From positions 64,790,001 to 64,854,000 of the forward strand of contig OZ024743.1 in assembly GCA_964016885.1 (NCBI GenBank): DNA of 64,000 nucleotides, given 5' to 3'. Positions within the stretch are counted from its first letter, which is position 1; each line of letters opens with the position of its first letter. This document shows, one piece after another, positions 24,501 to 34,536 of the stretch. The notes under the pieces were generated by a model. It did no database searches. It worked only from the letters and a program-made list of their open reading frames with translations, and was not told the DNA's origin. This stretch comes from Eledone cirrhosa (lineage: Eukaryota). The position numbers and the translations under genes were made by a program.

Positions 24501-27303
24501 GTACATGACTATCAACAATACATTGGTACTGGACTAATGTCAATAGATAGGTACTTGACTAACAACAATACATTGGTATAGTACTATCAACAAAACATTG
24601 GTAAAGGACTAATGTCAGTAGATAGGTACAGGACTAATGTCAATAGATAGGTACTTAACTATCAACAATACATTGGTACTTGACTATCAACAATACATTG
24701 GTACTTGACTATCAACAATACATTGGTACTTGACTATCAACAATATATTGGTACTTGACTATCAACAATACATTGGTACTGGACTATCAACAATACATTG
24801 GTACTTGACTATCAACAATACATTGGTACTGGACTATCAACAATACATTGGTACTGGACTATCAACAATACATTGGTACTTGACTATCAACAATACATTG
24901 GTACTGGACTATCAACAATACATTGGTACTTGACTATCAACAATACATTGGTACTTGACTATCAACAATATATTGGTACTGGACTATCAACAATATATTG
25001 GTACTTGACTATCAACAATATATTGGTACTTGACTATCAACAATACATTGGTACTGGACTATCAACAATACATTGGTACTTGACTATCAACAATACATTG
25101 GTACTTGACTATCAACAATACATTGGTACTGGACTATCAACAATACATTGGTACTTGACTATCAACAATACATTGGTACTTGACTATCAACAATATATTG
25201 GTACTTGACTATCAACAATATATTGGTACTTGACTATCAACAATACATTGGTACTGGACTATCAACAATACATTGGTACTGGACTATCAACAATACATTG
25301 GTACTTGACTATCAACAATACATTGGTACTGGACTATCAACAATACATTGGTACTTGACTATCAACAATACATTGGTACTTGACTATCAACAATACATTG
25401 GTACTGGACTAATGTCAATACATTGGTACTGGAAAAATGTTAATATATTTATAAAGAATGGTCAAAGTGAAGTGAATCAGCTCCCAATACAAGCCTACTT
25501 TTTAATCATTTCATACACTAACTTAATACTTAATCTCTCCAAATTTTTGATTATTTACAAAATTATTCAAAAATAATAGGCAATGTTTTTCAGTAGAAAT
25601 CATCATCATCATCACCGTTTAACGTCCATTTTTCCACATTAGCATGAGTTAGACAAATTGTCCCATTATGAGATAAGCCAGGTCAGATGACCATGTCTTG
25701 CTCATACAGAACTAATTTTAGCTTGGTTTCTACAGATGGACGCCCTCCCTAAAGGCAACCATATTTACTGTGTGTACTGGGTAATTTATGTGGTGACATG
25801 TACATGACCACTTTACAGTGTAAAGCACCCTGTCCACACAGTAAAGTGATCATGTAGCTGTCACGACAAAAAGCACCCAGTCTACACTGTAAAGTGGTCA
25901 TGTAGGTGCCATGACAAAAACCACCCTGTCCACACAGTAAAGTGATCATGTAGCTGTCACGACAAAAAGCACCCAGTCCACACTGTAAAGTGGTCATGTA
26001 GGCGTCACGACAAAAAGGACCCAGTACACACAGTAAATGTGGTTGGGGTTAGGAAGGGCATCCAACTGTAGAAACCAAGCCAAAATCAGTTTTGTGTGAG
26101 CAAAACATGGTCCTCCGACCTGGATGTCTCATGAGATAGCACGTCTTACTCATGCTAGCATGAAAAATGGACATTAAACAATGATGACGATAATGAACAT
26201 TTTATACATGTTTCCCAAGCAGTAAATAATTCTTGTTTTAAGATGTATCTCTCCAACAATGGAGAAGCAAGTGTCTTCTCCTAACTATTGTACTCCAACA
26301 GACATATACTGACAGTAGAACCCTCCACTTTCCATGAGCAATATAAAGTAGATAATGATATGGTAAGAAATATTTGTTCATCCACTTACTTTCAAATGCT
26401 GCATCATCCTTCTCAGAAGTTTGTTCTGATATTTCATCTGCAATCTCTTTTACCATTGATTCAAACCGACTTAGTGAGCTTAAGGAATTGAGGTGCTTCT
26501 TGGATTCCTAATATAACAGACAATAATAATAATAATAAAAATAATAATTCATACTATAAGAGCCGTGACTGTCAGTCTGTCCATCACGCTCTCTATATAG
26601 TGGAAGGGAAATACTACTCCACCTTCCCCTCTCTCTAACTAACTAAAATGTAATGTATGAACAAACGAAAGAATTTCAGTTTTTTTGCTGTTGCTTGCGT
26701 GCGTATGTGTGTGTTTCTGTATGTCCTTCAACATTTTTGCCAGCTGAATGGACTGGAGTAATGTGAAATAAAGTGTCTTGCTCAAGGACACAACACGCTG
26801 CCGGGAATCAAACTCACAACCTTACAACTGTGAGCCGAATACCTGAACCACAAAGCCACATGCCTTCACTTCAGTCCAGCATGTAGACAAAGAGAAATGA
26901 CATTGAGGTGTAGAAAAAGTAGGAAGGGAAAATTGATGAAGACAGACCAGGTGGTGTAACGTATTATTATGAATTGGTTAAAAATAAGCCCATTCTCTCT
27001 ATAAAAACAGAGCTAATTTATTGTGAATCTTACACTCAAAACATTTATAACACCTGAAAACAGGCTTTTACAGATTTTGATATGCAATCTAAGCCTAAGC
27101 CATGAAACCTAAGGTAGCATTATGTTTCAAGTGTATGATTCATAATAAAATAAGTTTGTTAATAGTGTTGTAGTTACCTCATCCAAGAAATCCTCCTCAA
27201 GTTCTCCTTTCTCATCAATGTTTCCAAAAAGGAAACCTGTGAGACAGGATATTGTAGATGAAGTGACATCACTCTGGTCATCATGTTCTTCTTCACTGTC
27301 CAT
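1679..27303 (-). CDS. TAF1: TFIID subunit 1 (TAF1), 5' part; 16 coding exons, 2499 nt = 833 codons; gene continues past position 1
   Basis: GT-AG exons join in frame with consistent phases: 27303-27178, 26507-26390, 24360-24241, 23618-23242, 21487-21284, 17577-17401, 16161-15942, 14328-14239, 13665-13562, 12230-12108, 8777-8709, 7217-7101, 6639-6466, 5246-5073, 3861-3671, 1793-1679. TAF1 motifs seen: [19 protein letters not shown] (TAND), [86 protein letters not shown]. Confidence 0.96.
2405..2660 (+). mobile_element. R4/Dong-clade (RLE-type) non-LTR 3' fragment in a (TAA)n tract
   Basis: Degenerate [10 protein letters not shown]...[17 protein letters not shown], typical of the R4/Dong C-terminus; flanked by taataa repeats. 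Confidence 0.7.
3671..3861 (-). CDS. TAF1: TAF1 coding exon 15
   Basis: KPGKD...HTSPFLGSL...[27 protein letters not shown]|gtaagt, phase 2. Confidence 0.93.
5073..5246 (-). CDS. TAF1: TAF1 coding exon 14
   Basis: [19 protein letters not shown]...[10 protein letters not shown]|gtatag. Confidence 0.93.
5971..6038 (+). pseudogene. Degenerate U2 snRNA 5' fragment
   Basis: TCTTTTGACTAAGATCAAAATGTAGTATCTGTTCTTATGAGCTTAATATCTG aligns with U2 CCTTTTGGCTAAGATCAAGTGTAGTATCTGTTCTTATCAGTTTAATATCTG, including the GTAGTA branch-site-pairing sequence; no Sm site or 3' half. Confidence 0.8.
6148..6364. mobile_element. Mariner-like MITE
   Basis: TIRs GGTGCTGAAAAGTTCCTGGCT / AGCTAGGAACCTTTCAGCACC flanked by TA. 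Confidence 0.75.
6466..6639 (-). CDS. TAF1: TAF1 coding exon 13
   Basis: [28 protein letters not shown]...KRKAK|gtaaga. Confidence 0.93.
7101..7217 (-). CDS. TAF1: TAF1 coding exon 12
   Basis: [15 protein letters not shown]...MGGSLIQ|gtcagt. Confidence 0.92.
7395..7720 (-). mobile_element. Same Expander-like RTE family, 3' fragment
   Basis: [33 protein letters not shown]; near-identical to 960-1270. Confidence 0.8.
8709..8777 (-). CDS. TAF1: TAF1 coding exon 11
   Basis: ttacag|[23 protein letters not shown]|gtatgc. Confidence 0.9.
8878..9222 (+). mobile_element. CR1-clade LINE 3' fragment
   Basis: [40 protein letters not shown] (CR1 TRGH...FF..RV...WN.LP), then 3' UTR and (att)n. Confidence 0.8.
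9424..11655. repeat. 35-bp minisatellite with a 70-bp dimeric higher order, interrupted by an RTE
   Basis: Unit TGTCTATATATCACTCTATATACATTGATAACCAA; alternating GATATCCAATGCC / GATAACCAATATC variants. Confidence 0.93.
10484..11502 (+). mobile_element. 5'-truncated RTE LINE (second subfamily) inserted into a 35-bp minisatellite
   Basis: ORF 10557-11171 DSFRYLGD...RLRWYSHV...GRPRKTW; 3' UTR resembles 47430-47846; (GAT)n tail. Confidence 0.9.
12108..12230 (-). CDS. TAF1: TAF1 coding exon 10
   Basis: [27 protein letters not shown]...KKEK|gtaagt. Confidence 0.92.
13562..13665 (-). CDS. TAF1: TAF1 coding exon 9
   Basis: [26 protein letters not shown]|gtaaag. Confidence 0.92.
14239..14328 (-). 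CDS. TAF1: TAF1 coding exon 8
   Basis: tttcag|[29 protein letters not shown]|gtgagt; 90 nt, phase 1-1, fits neighbours; sequence poorly conserved. Confidence 0.75.
14489..15176 (-). mobile_element. 5'-truncated copy of the 40676-44800 RTE subfamily
   Basis: Closely matches 40680-41360 (GSETWA...TLASREKRT*), with frameshifts. Confidence 0.9.
15942..16161 (-). CDS. TAF1: TAF1 coding exon 7
   Basis: [19 protein letters not shown]...AGWIPS, donor gtatgt. Confidence 0.92.
16925..17348 (+). mobile_element. CR1-clade LINE 3' fragment
   Basis: Homologous to 8878-9222. Confidence 0.75.
17401..17577 (-). CDS. TAF1: TAF1 coding exon 6
   Basis: [30 protein letters not shown]|gtaaga. Confidence 0.92.
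17833..21112. repeat. 48-bp tandem array, about 68 units, in the TAF1 intron between coding exons 5 and 6
   Basis: Unit ATCATGACTCCAGCACTACCACCTTACAGGGTAGACTGGGTGCTTTTT; variant ATCTTGGCACC; CTA/CTG polymorphism. Confidence 0.98.
21284..21487 (-). CDS. TAF1: TAF1 coding exon 5
   Basis: ttgcag|[10 protein letters not shown]...ECLTDDD|gtaaga. Confidence 0.92.
22655..23210 (+). mobile_element. Same Expander-like RTE family, longer 3' fragment (also at about 15225-15395 and 54370-54565)
   Basis: [43 protein letters not shown]. Confidence 0.8.
23242..23618 (-). CDS. TAF1: TAF1 coding exon 4
   Basis: LMPPP...[29 protein letters not shown], phase 1 in and phase 0 out. Confidence 0.9.
23680..23872. 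repeat. Short tandem repeat of a SINE-derived segment, 4 copies
   Basis: AAAGTTGATTCAATCAACCCCAGTACTTGACTGGTACT repeated. Confidence 0.75.
24241..24360 (-). CDS. TAF1: TAF1 coding exon 3
   Basis: [22 protein letters not shown] (conserved AVDFSDI.E.AE), donor gtaagt. Confidence 0.9.
24397..25432. repeat. 25-bp minisatellite, about 40 units
   Basis: Unit ATTGGTACT(T/G)GACTATCAACAATAC; diverged units at the left end. Confidence 0.95.
26390..26507 (-). CDS. TAF1: TAF1 coding exon 2
   Basis: tattag|[39 protein letters not shown]|gtaagt. Confidence 0.88.
27178..27303 (-). CDS. TAF1: TAF1 coding exon 1 (start codon)
   Basis: [42 protein letters not shown], donor GTAAC, phase 0. Confidence 0.92.
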
Positions 27304-27921
27304 TGTCCAATGATAAATACATCAGTTTAGCATCCTTCAGAAATGATTAAAACAGAAATTTTATATAATTACAATGACCTTTTCTAATTTAGGCAAAAAG
27401 CCAGCAATTTTGGGAGGAAATGGATAAGAGATAGAGATGAAAAACAAATTTATGAACTTTGTATGTATAAATATGGACTTGTAACTCCTTGTGGAGTTGT
27501 AGGGCTGCTGTTGGGATCTATGGCGTATCTTAACGACTTTAAACATGGCAAAGACCATCCTATCTACAAGGCTGAACACAATCAATTCTTTCTAGAGGAA
27601 AGAGTGTGTGAAAGAGAAGAAGTCAGAAAGAGATATACAGGAAGAATCAACTCCAGTACTGGACTGGTACTTTTTATATTAGCCTCAAAAGAATAAAAGG
27701 AAAATTTGAGCTCCACGGAATTTGAACTGAGTTCAGAGAGTAGGAACAAAATACTGCAAAGCATTCTATGCAATGCCACCTTGACTTTGAAAAAAGGACA
27801 ACAGGTCAGAAATTTAAGATTCTTTACTCACTACAACTCTCCAGTTTGGTAGCTTTTGTTAATTTGAATTATTGTGAGTATAGCTCTTATTTGCCCAAGA
27901 TGTACAACAAGCAAATACAAC

Positions 27922-28090
27922 AGTGATCTAATGGTTTAACCCTTATGGTACCAACCTGTGATCTACAGGTACCCTAATGGTACCGACCTGTGATCTAAAG
28001 GTTTAATTCTTATGGTACCAACCTGTGATCTATTGGTTTAACTCTTATGGTACCAACCTGTGATCTACAGGTTCCCTAATGGTACCAAGC
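27922..28090. repeat. Tandem repeat of about 33 bp, 5 copies
   Basis: ATGGTACCAACCTGTGATCTA core. Confidence 0.75.
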
Positions 28091-28489
28091 TGCCCAAAAT
28101 CTACTCTGCTTCTATGAAACAAAACAACTAAATGTAAATGCTTCCTACTTAAATTAAAACTTTCCAACATAATTTTATATAAGATCATGTAAAATCATCT
28201 AATACCACCATCAAGATGACCATACTGATATCCTTTGGTTAGACACAAGAATGGTTATACATATGCACAATATATGCTAGTGTGGAAAAATGGACATTAA
28301 ACAGTCATCATGATGATGATAATGATATACATATATACATACACACATATATATATATATATGCTTATAGAACACTGTAAATGTGTTTGGTGTTAAGAAG
28401 GGTATCCAGCTATAAAATATATGGCCAAACTTAGTCCTCGTCGGAGCAAGGTATGGTGTGGCCGACTCTGGCCAGGCTTGCCTCCCAGC

Positions 28490-28750
28490 ATGGACGACCT
28501 GTCTAACACATGCAGGCATGGAAAAATGGACGCTAGACAGACGCTATGGGTGAAGAAATGCCAGGAAATCCCAGTGGAAGGAAGCCACAGTTGAGGACAA
28601 CCAACCAAGAAAGACCTGGGTAGAGGTTGTGAGAGCTGACCTCAAATCGCTAAGACTGGTAGAGGAGATGATGAAGGAATGCGACAAGTGGAGAGATGCC
28701 ACAGTGAGGACCAATCCAACCCATGCAAGCATAGAAAAGCAGATGTAAAA
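28490..28750 (+). mobile_element. Short RTE 3' fragment (similar ones at about 49470-49770 minus and 53885-54095 minus)
   Basis: WVKKCQEIPVEG...KTWVEVVRADLKSLRL; RTE tail. Confidence 0.7.
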
Positions 28751-28829
28751 ATATTATATATATATGTTAGGTAATTCCGAAGGAAAAATAAAGGAAAAAA
28801 GAGTGCTCTATGTATAGAACAGAGCTATT

Positions 28830-29034
28830 TAATTAGAAAGTGAACAACACAAAATATAACTACTCCATTACCAAAGGTTTTTGGATCCCAGACAATAATA
28901 ATATACGTCTGGATCGGTCGTCAGACAGAGATGTTATCTCTCTGTCTGACGACCGATCCAGACATATATTATTATTGTGTGGAATCCAGAAACCTTTGGT
29001 AATGGAGTAGTTATATTTTGTGCTGTTCACTTTC

Positions 29035-29040
<6 letters not shown>
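28830..29040. repeat. About 210-bp near-perfect palindrome, likely an inverted Penelope-like terminal repeat with a hammerhead motif
   Basis: Arms 28830-28932 and 28936-29040 are reverse complements; CTGACGA...GAAAC...GTA core in the right arm; next to (TA)n. Confidence 0.75.
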
Positions 29041-29078
<38 letters not shown>

Positions 29079-29148
29079 AATATCGAACTATCTCAAATAA
29101 GGCTCAGGATTGAACAAATGTATATTACTGACTAATTTTTAAATATGT

Positions 29149-29183
<35 letters not shown>

Positions 29184-29789
29184 TAGATATATATAGATAT
29201 AATAATATTTGATCTAATAAAATATATATATATATTTACACATATACATATATATTGATACATTTATAGATATAACAATATTCAATCTAATAAAATATGC
29301 AATGAAAATGTGTTCAAGAAAAAAAACAGCACCTTTTTTTTTTCTTTGTCAATCTGTAATTTACAGAGACGAAAACTAGATGAAAACTACATCAAATTGT
29401 CACTAAAGATGTTGTTGTTGTTGTTGTTGTTTAACCCCATGTCAGCTCTGGTTCAGCAGACTTAAGATTAAAGGAACTCCAGTTGTGACTATACCGTCAT
29501 TTTCTCAGTGTCCAGGATAATCACATAATTCAATGTATCCCTTTTCAAAAACAATAGGATGTGGTCCCTCAGGATATTTGACTGTTGTCTCTAGTAGGTC
29601 GGGGCTACGATGTTAATCCTCTTGTCATTAAATATAAAATGCTGAAGGTAAAAGATGCCAAAGGTTGGCTCTCTCTTTCCCTCTTAGAGAATCACATAAT
29701 CTAATATGTCCCTTTTTAAAAAAACTATAGGCTGTGATTTTAAAGATATTTTACAGCTGTTTCTAGTAGGTCGGGACTATCATATAGAT

Positions 29790-29936
29790 CAACCATGGGC
29801 AAAGTGCGGCCCATTTGACTTTCTGAATGGCACGCTTAATTTCAAAATTGCCTCGAATTTTTTTAGTAGTGCGGCCCGCATTATGATGAGCCACATCCTA
29901 TGCGGCCCACTGCTCGAAAAAGGCTGCACATGCCTG
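29790..29936. mobile_element. hAT (Charlie-like) MITE, 147 bp
   Basis: 8-bp TSD ATATAGAT on both sides; degenerate TIRs CAACCATGGGCAA / CTGCACATGCCTG; internal TGCGGCCC motifs. Confidence 0.8.
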
Positions 29937-30762
29937 ATATAGATGCTATTTCGTTGGTTCTTTCGTCCGTCATTAGATACAAAATGCTGAAGTTAAAAGA
30001 AAAATGAATCACATAAAAAAACTATAGGGTATTATTTTAAAGATATTTGACAGCTGTTTCCAGTAGGTCGGGACTATCATATAGTTGCTACTTCTTTGGT
30101 TCTTTCGTCCGTCGTTAGATATAAACTGCTAAAGGTATGTAGAAAAATAATGCAAAAGGTTGGCTTTCATTCTTTCTTAGAATATTCAACTTGGTTTGTT
30201 TTATAAAAGAGCATTGGGTGTTTAAAAATTCAACAGGTAAACACGAAAAACAACAAATAGTGGATCCAAAACAAATTAGTATTTATCACCGCTACCACCA
30301 CAACAAAATACAATATCAATACAAAACAACTTGGACAGCTTCGTCCCGCTGAAAATAGCCAATTTCTTACTTTAAATAAAAAGGGAAAGATAGATTAGAT
30401 AATGCAGCCCCAGTTATACAAGCCAAGAAAAAACAGGGTGATTATGACTGTTGCCGTTCATCAGTTTTACTGGATCGAGGTTGATATGAGACTACATAAC
30501 AATAACATTAACACGAGCCAACAGAGGACATTACGTGGTAGATGAACCGGCTAGAAGTAGCTACCAAATCTCCTTCAGTCCTAGATCATGACTCACCTGG
30601 GGCTAAACAATAACAAAAATTGTACAAGTAAGGAAGGTATTTTGTCAAATAGTTAACTAAGTTTGGTCTGGTTAGTGTTTTGGCCAGATTTTCGATTAAC
30701 GGATTTAGAAAAACACACTTAGATGGACAGACAGAAAAAACAAACAAGTATACATACATATA

Positions 30763-30808
<46 letters not shown>

Positions 30809-31216
30809 AATTCTAAGCAACGAGATCGAAATCATTCGACATCGATCTAAACCCTTATTATATATATCAACATACATAAATATGTGTATGTATACTTGTT
30901 TGTTTTTATATAGACAGATTGATTATAAACCCTTCTGTCAGGGTGTATATTTTCATCAAATCGATAATAAAAGAATAGATAGGCAGATAGTGTTAAAAAT
31001 ATGAACACACGAAGGACCCTCAATAAATCGATTTAAATTATACACACACACACAGATATTCAACATCTAAGACTTGTTATATATGTATATATATATATAT
31101 AGTAATAATAAATACAATGACCAAAATCCAATTGGGACTCGATGAGGTTTGTATATATATTTCAAATGACCCCGCTTAGAGTGAAAGCAGAAATTCATTG
31201 CTTAAACTTTTAATCT

Positions 31217-31268
<52 letters not shown>

Positions 31269-31838
31269 TCATAGATATGTTGAAAATATGTTTTTAAAAA
31301 GTTAAGTTAGGACAAGAGAAACTATAAGAAAGCAATAACAAGAGAATTGTAAAACTTGTGATCAATAAATGATAGATTACAAATCAGAAATCAAATACTG
31401 TTTGAAAGATGCAGGGAGGGAAAATATCAAAGACACAGAGTTTTTAAAAACGGGACAACAGAGTGATATAATGATTCATTATAATTATTATTATATTTGT
31501 CAGTTAAAAGAGGAAGAAGTGATGCAAATATTTGAAAACAGAGTTAAATAGAGAAACAAGTTGGAAGATATATAGCTAGGAGTATTATTGTATGAGTATT
31601 ATAACCATACTAAATAAAATATATGTTAGGATTCTTTGATAGTTAGTTAGTTAATACTTATTGTTTACTGTCTGTGAAATAATGAAAGAAAAGAATTACT
31701 ATTATTATTGTTATTATGAAAAATGAAAGAAAAATAAAAGAGAGCAGGGCTGGAATGAGTGCTCACCATGAAATGTGTTAGTTTTTATATTAACTAACAA
31801 GATCGGTGTAGGTGTGTGTGTGGATGTGTTGTAAGGAT

Positions 31839-31908
31839 ACCTTGCATCCAGCATGCATTAGTGGAGCACGTGACTGGCTCTCGTCCAATCATTTCATTCG
31901 TAACCGGT
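31839..31908. promoter_or_regulatory. E-box + CCAAT module, copy 1
   Basis: GCACGTGAC (CACGTG 31867-31872) and CCAATCA (31885-31891) between the divergent TAF1 and LIAS. Confidence 0.5.
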
Positions 31909-32822
31909 GTAAATGTATGTATGTCTCTTAGACTAGCTTCGTGTACCGATATTTATATATTGGTAATTTTAGTATGACTTTGTATTTTTGCATCCCTGTG
32001 TTTGTTTTGTTTGTTCAACTATATATACATATAATAATAATTGTTTCTACTTTAGGCACAAGGCCAGCAATTAACCAGTGCATTACTGGTACTTTATTTT
32101 ATCGACCCCATGACTTGTGATTTAGACACAAGGCCAACAATTTTTGGGGATGGAAAAGTCGATTAAATCGACCCCAGTGTTACTGGTACTTTATATTATC
32201 GACCCCGTAACGATGAAAGGTAAAGCTAAAATCGGTGGCATTTGAATTCAGAACGTAAAGAACCGTAACTATATGCCGCAAAGCATTTGTCCGACGATGG
32301 CAATAATAAATGCAAAGACCAAAATCCAAAGAGGACTCAATAAGGGTTATATATATATATAAACCCATAGAGCAAATATTTATTAATACAGATGATACTG
32401 TTTAGCGTAAAGGCAGAAAGAAATTCATTGCTTTTAATCTGTACTAATAATATACATACATCCGTATATGCTTGACGGCTGAGAAAAACATTCATTTATA
32501 TATATATATATAAATGAATGTTTTTATCCCAAGTTAAATGGGGAGTAACCACAGTTAAAAAGGTACTTAATACATTACTAGTGTGTAAACATCAATATTT
32601 ATTATAGAAATGGCTTCTATAGGACTAGAACTGTTTCATTCGTATAAAATCATCAACATATATATGGGGTGGAGGTACATATTTGTGTGTGTAAATAAAT
32701 AAAATATTTGTAGTTTCTTCTTTTGTCTGTTAGTTATTACCTCTTGTTTATTTTTAATAAGGAAAAAAAATATTAATGCACTTGAAAACAGAAAATCACA
32801 GCAGAACCAAGATTGAGTATTC

Positions 32823-32892
32823 ACCTTGGATCCAGCATACAATAGTGTAGCACGTGACTACGTCTCGTCCAATCATTTCATTCGTAACCGGT
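32823..32892. promoter_or_regulatory. E-box + CCAAT module, copy 2
   Basis: CACGTG 32851-32856 and CCAAT 32869-32873; same spacing as copy 1 (offset 984 bp). Confidence 0.5.
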
Positions 32893-34342
32893 CGAGGAAC
32901 GTTTATGTTTCTCTGAAAAACTTGCTCTTGATTTCTCATATTTGTAACTTATGGGAGCGTGTTCTTTTGTCTCGTCTACATTTCGTGAATTTTAATTTAA
33001 GAACAAAAAAAAAATATCTGGCGTTCTCGCATCTCTTATGCAACGAACACATCGCTTCTCTTTTTTCTCTCTAATTTCTGTGAAATAGGATATATTTTAA
33101 TACGGCTGTGTGTGTGAAGGCATATACAATATGTTTTTGTACAATAAACATACAAGGTCTCGTTATGTACGTTGTAAATACGATCATATCATCTGAGTAG
33201 CCGGTGAAAATACCAGACACGTGTTTCTGGATTATTTTATATGTATGTGTGTTATTGAGATTTAGAAAAGAAAGTGAAACATTTTGTAGATATCACTAAC
33301 CTATACTATCGCTACCCCAATAATACAAGTCCAGATAGTGTGGGAGGTGTGACTGACTGTCGCACTTGGTGGTGAAATTAATGGTCGTTTTTGTTTTTTT
33401 TCTTTCTCTCGCTTTGATCATGTATTTTGGTGTGTTGTATTTGTAAAGCTCCTGACAATAATTAATTGTATTTATCATATGTGTTTACATTTTCATTCTG
33501 AAAGAATTGTGAATAATTCGTAATATTATTTACACAACTGAGAATAAAAATTATAATATATTATGCTATATATCATTTCAATTGGAGAACTAAGGTATTT
33601 TTTTGAGGAAGTGTTAGTTATTATTTCTAGCAAGTCTATTTGGATAAACTATTGTTACAACCGTCTCGGGTGGGGGAACCACAAAAAAGGAATAACGATG
33701 GACATATTGCTTAATGGAAGCTAAAGGGTGACCTACGCCCAGTGGTCTAACAATACGCCGGACTTTTGTGCCGTATAAGTAGGGGGTGGTTTCAGTTCGA
33801 CAACTTTGGTGGGCAGATAAAGTAAAAGACGAACAACTCCGAACATAAACTCACACTGCTTGTTAGAGCCTGTGTAGATGTGAAGACTAAATGAGTCAAC
33901 CCCTACAGTAAATCGGGTTGGAAGAGAACTCGAGCCTCGCCCTATTCATCACGAAGAGACCATGAAGGCATAACGAATACTTAAATAGTGGTGGTTGTGT
34001 CTGAGGCTCTCGACCATTAAACTACGGGGGTTAGATTTATTCATTCAGACAATGAATGGTGGTTGTAACTGAAAGTCCCGACTATCAACTGTAAGGATGA
34101 CATTTATTCATTCCAACATCGATGACAGAGCGAAAGGTGTTTGTATTTCAAAGCCCTGACCATCAATTATGGGGCTAAGAATAGTTCATTTAAACGACAA
34201 AGACTGCAAGAGTTATGTCCCTTCACACAGTCAACATTATGTAAACAGATAAACGACCTTCACGTCTTCGTAAGTGTTGCGGCTGTATACTTTAATTTAA
34301 TGTCACCAGGCGGTCTCTTTCGGTCAACAGCCACTAACGGAA

Positions 34343-34536
34343 ATGGCCTTTGTTCAGCGAGCTGTTAATAACGTCCCATTCCTATACTGTGCCAGACAGC
34401 AGACCCAATGTTACAGCAGGTTCTATACTTCCCTCACCAAAAATCAGAAAGAGCATTTAGCAAGCGGACCTGATTTATCAGATTTTATCTCGGACAATGA
34501 ACTTCAAAAGAATATACACAGGAGAAAAGGTGAAAG
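34343..34536 (+). CDS. LIAS: LIAS exon 1 (presequence-like N-terminus)
   Basis: MAFVQRAV...[13 protein letters not shown]...RRKGE R, AG|gtaatc, phase 2. Confidence 0.9.

Noticed and set aside
24730-25576. ORFs with [10 protein letters not shown] repeats
   Set aside because: Translations of the 25-bp minisatellite.
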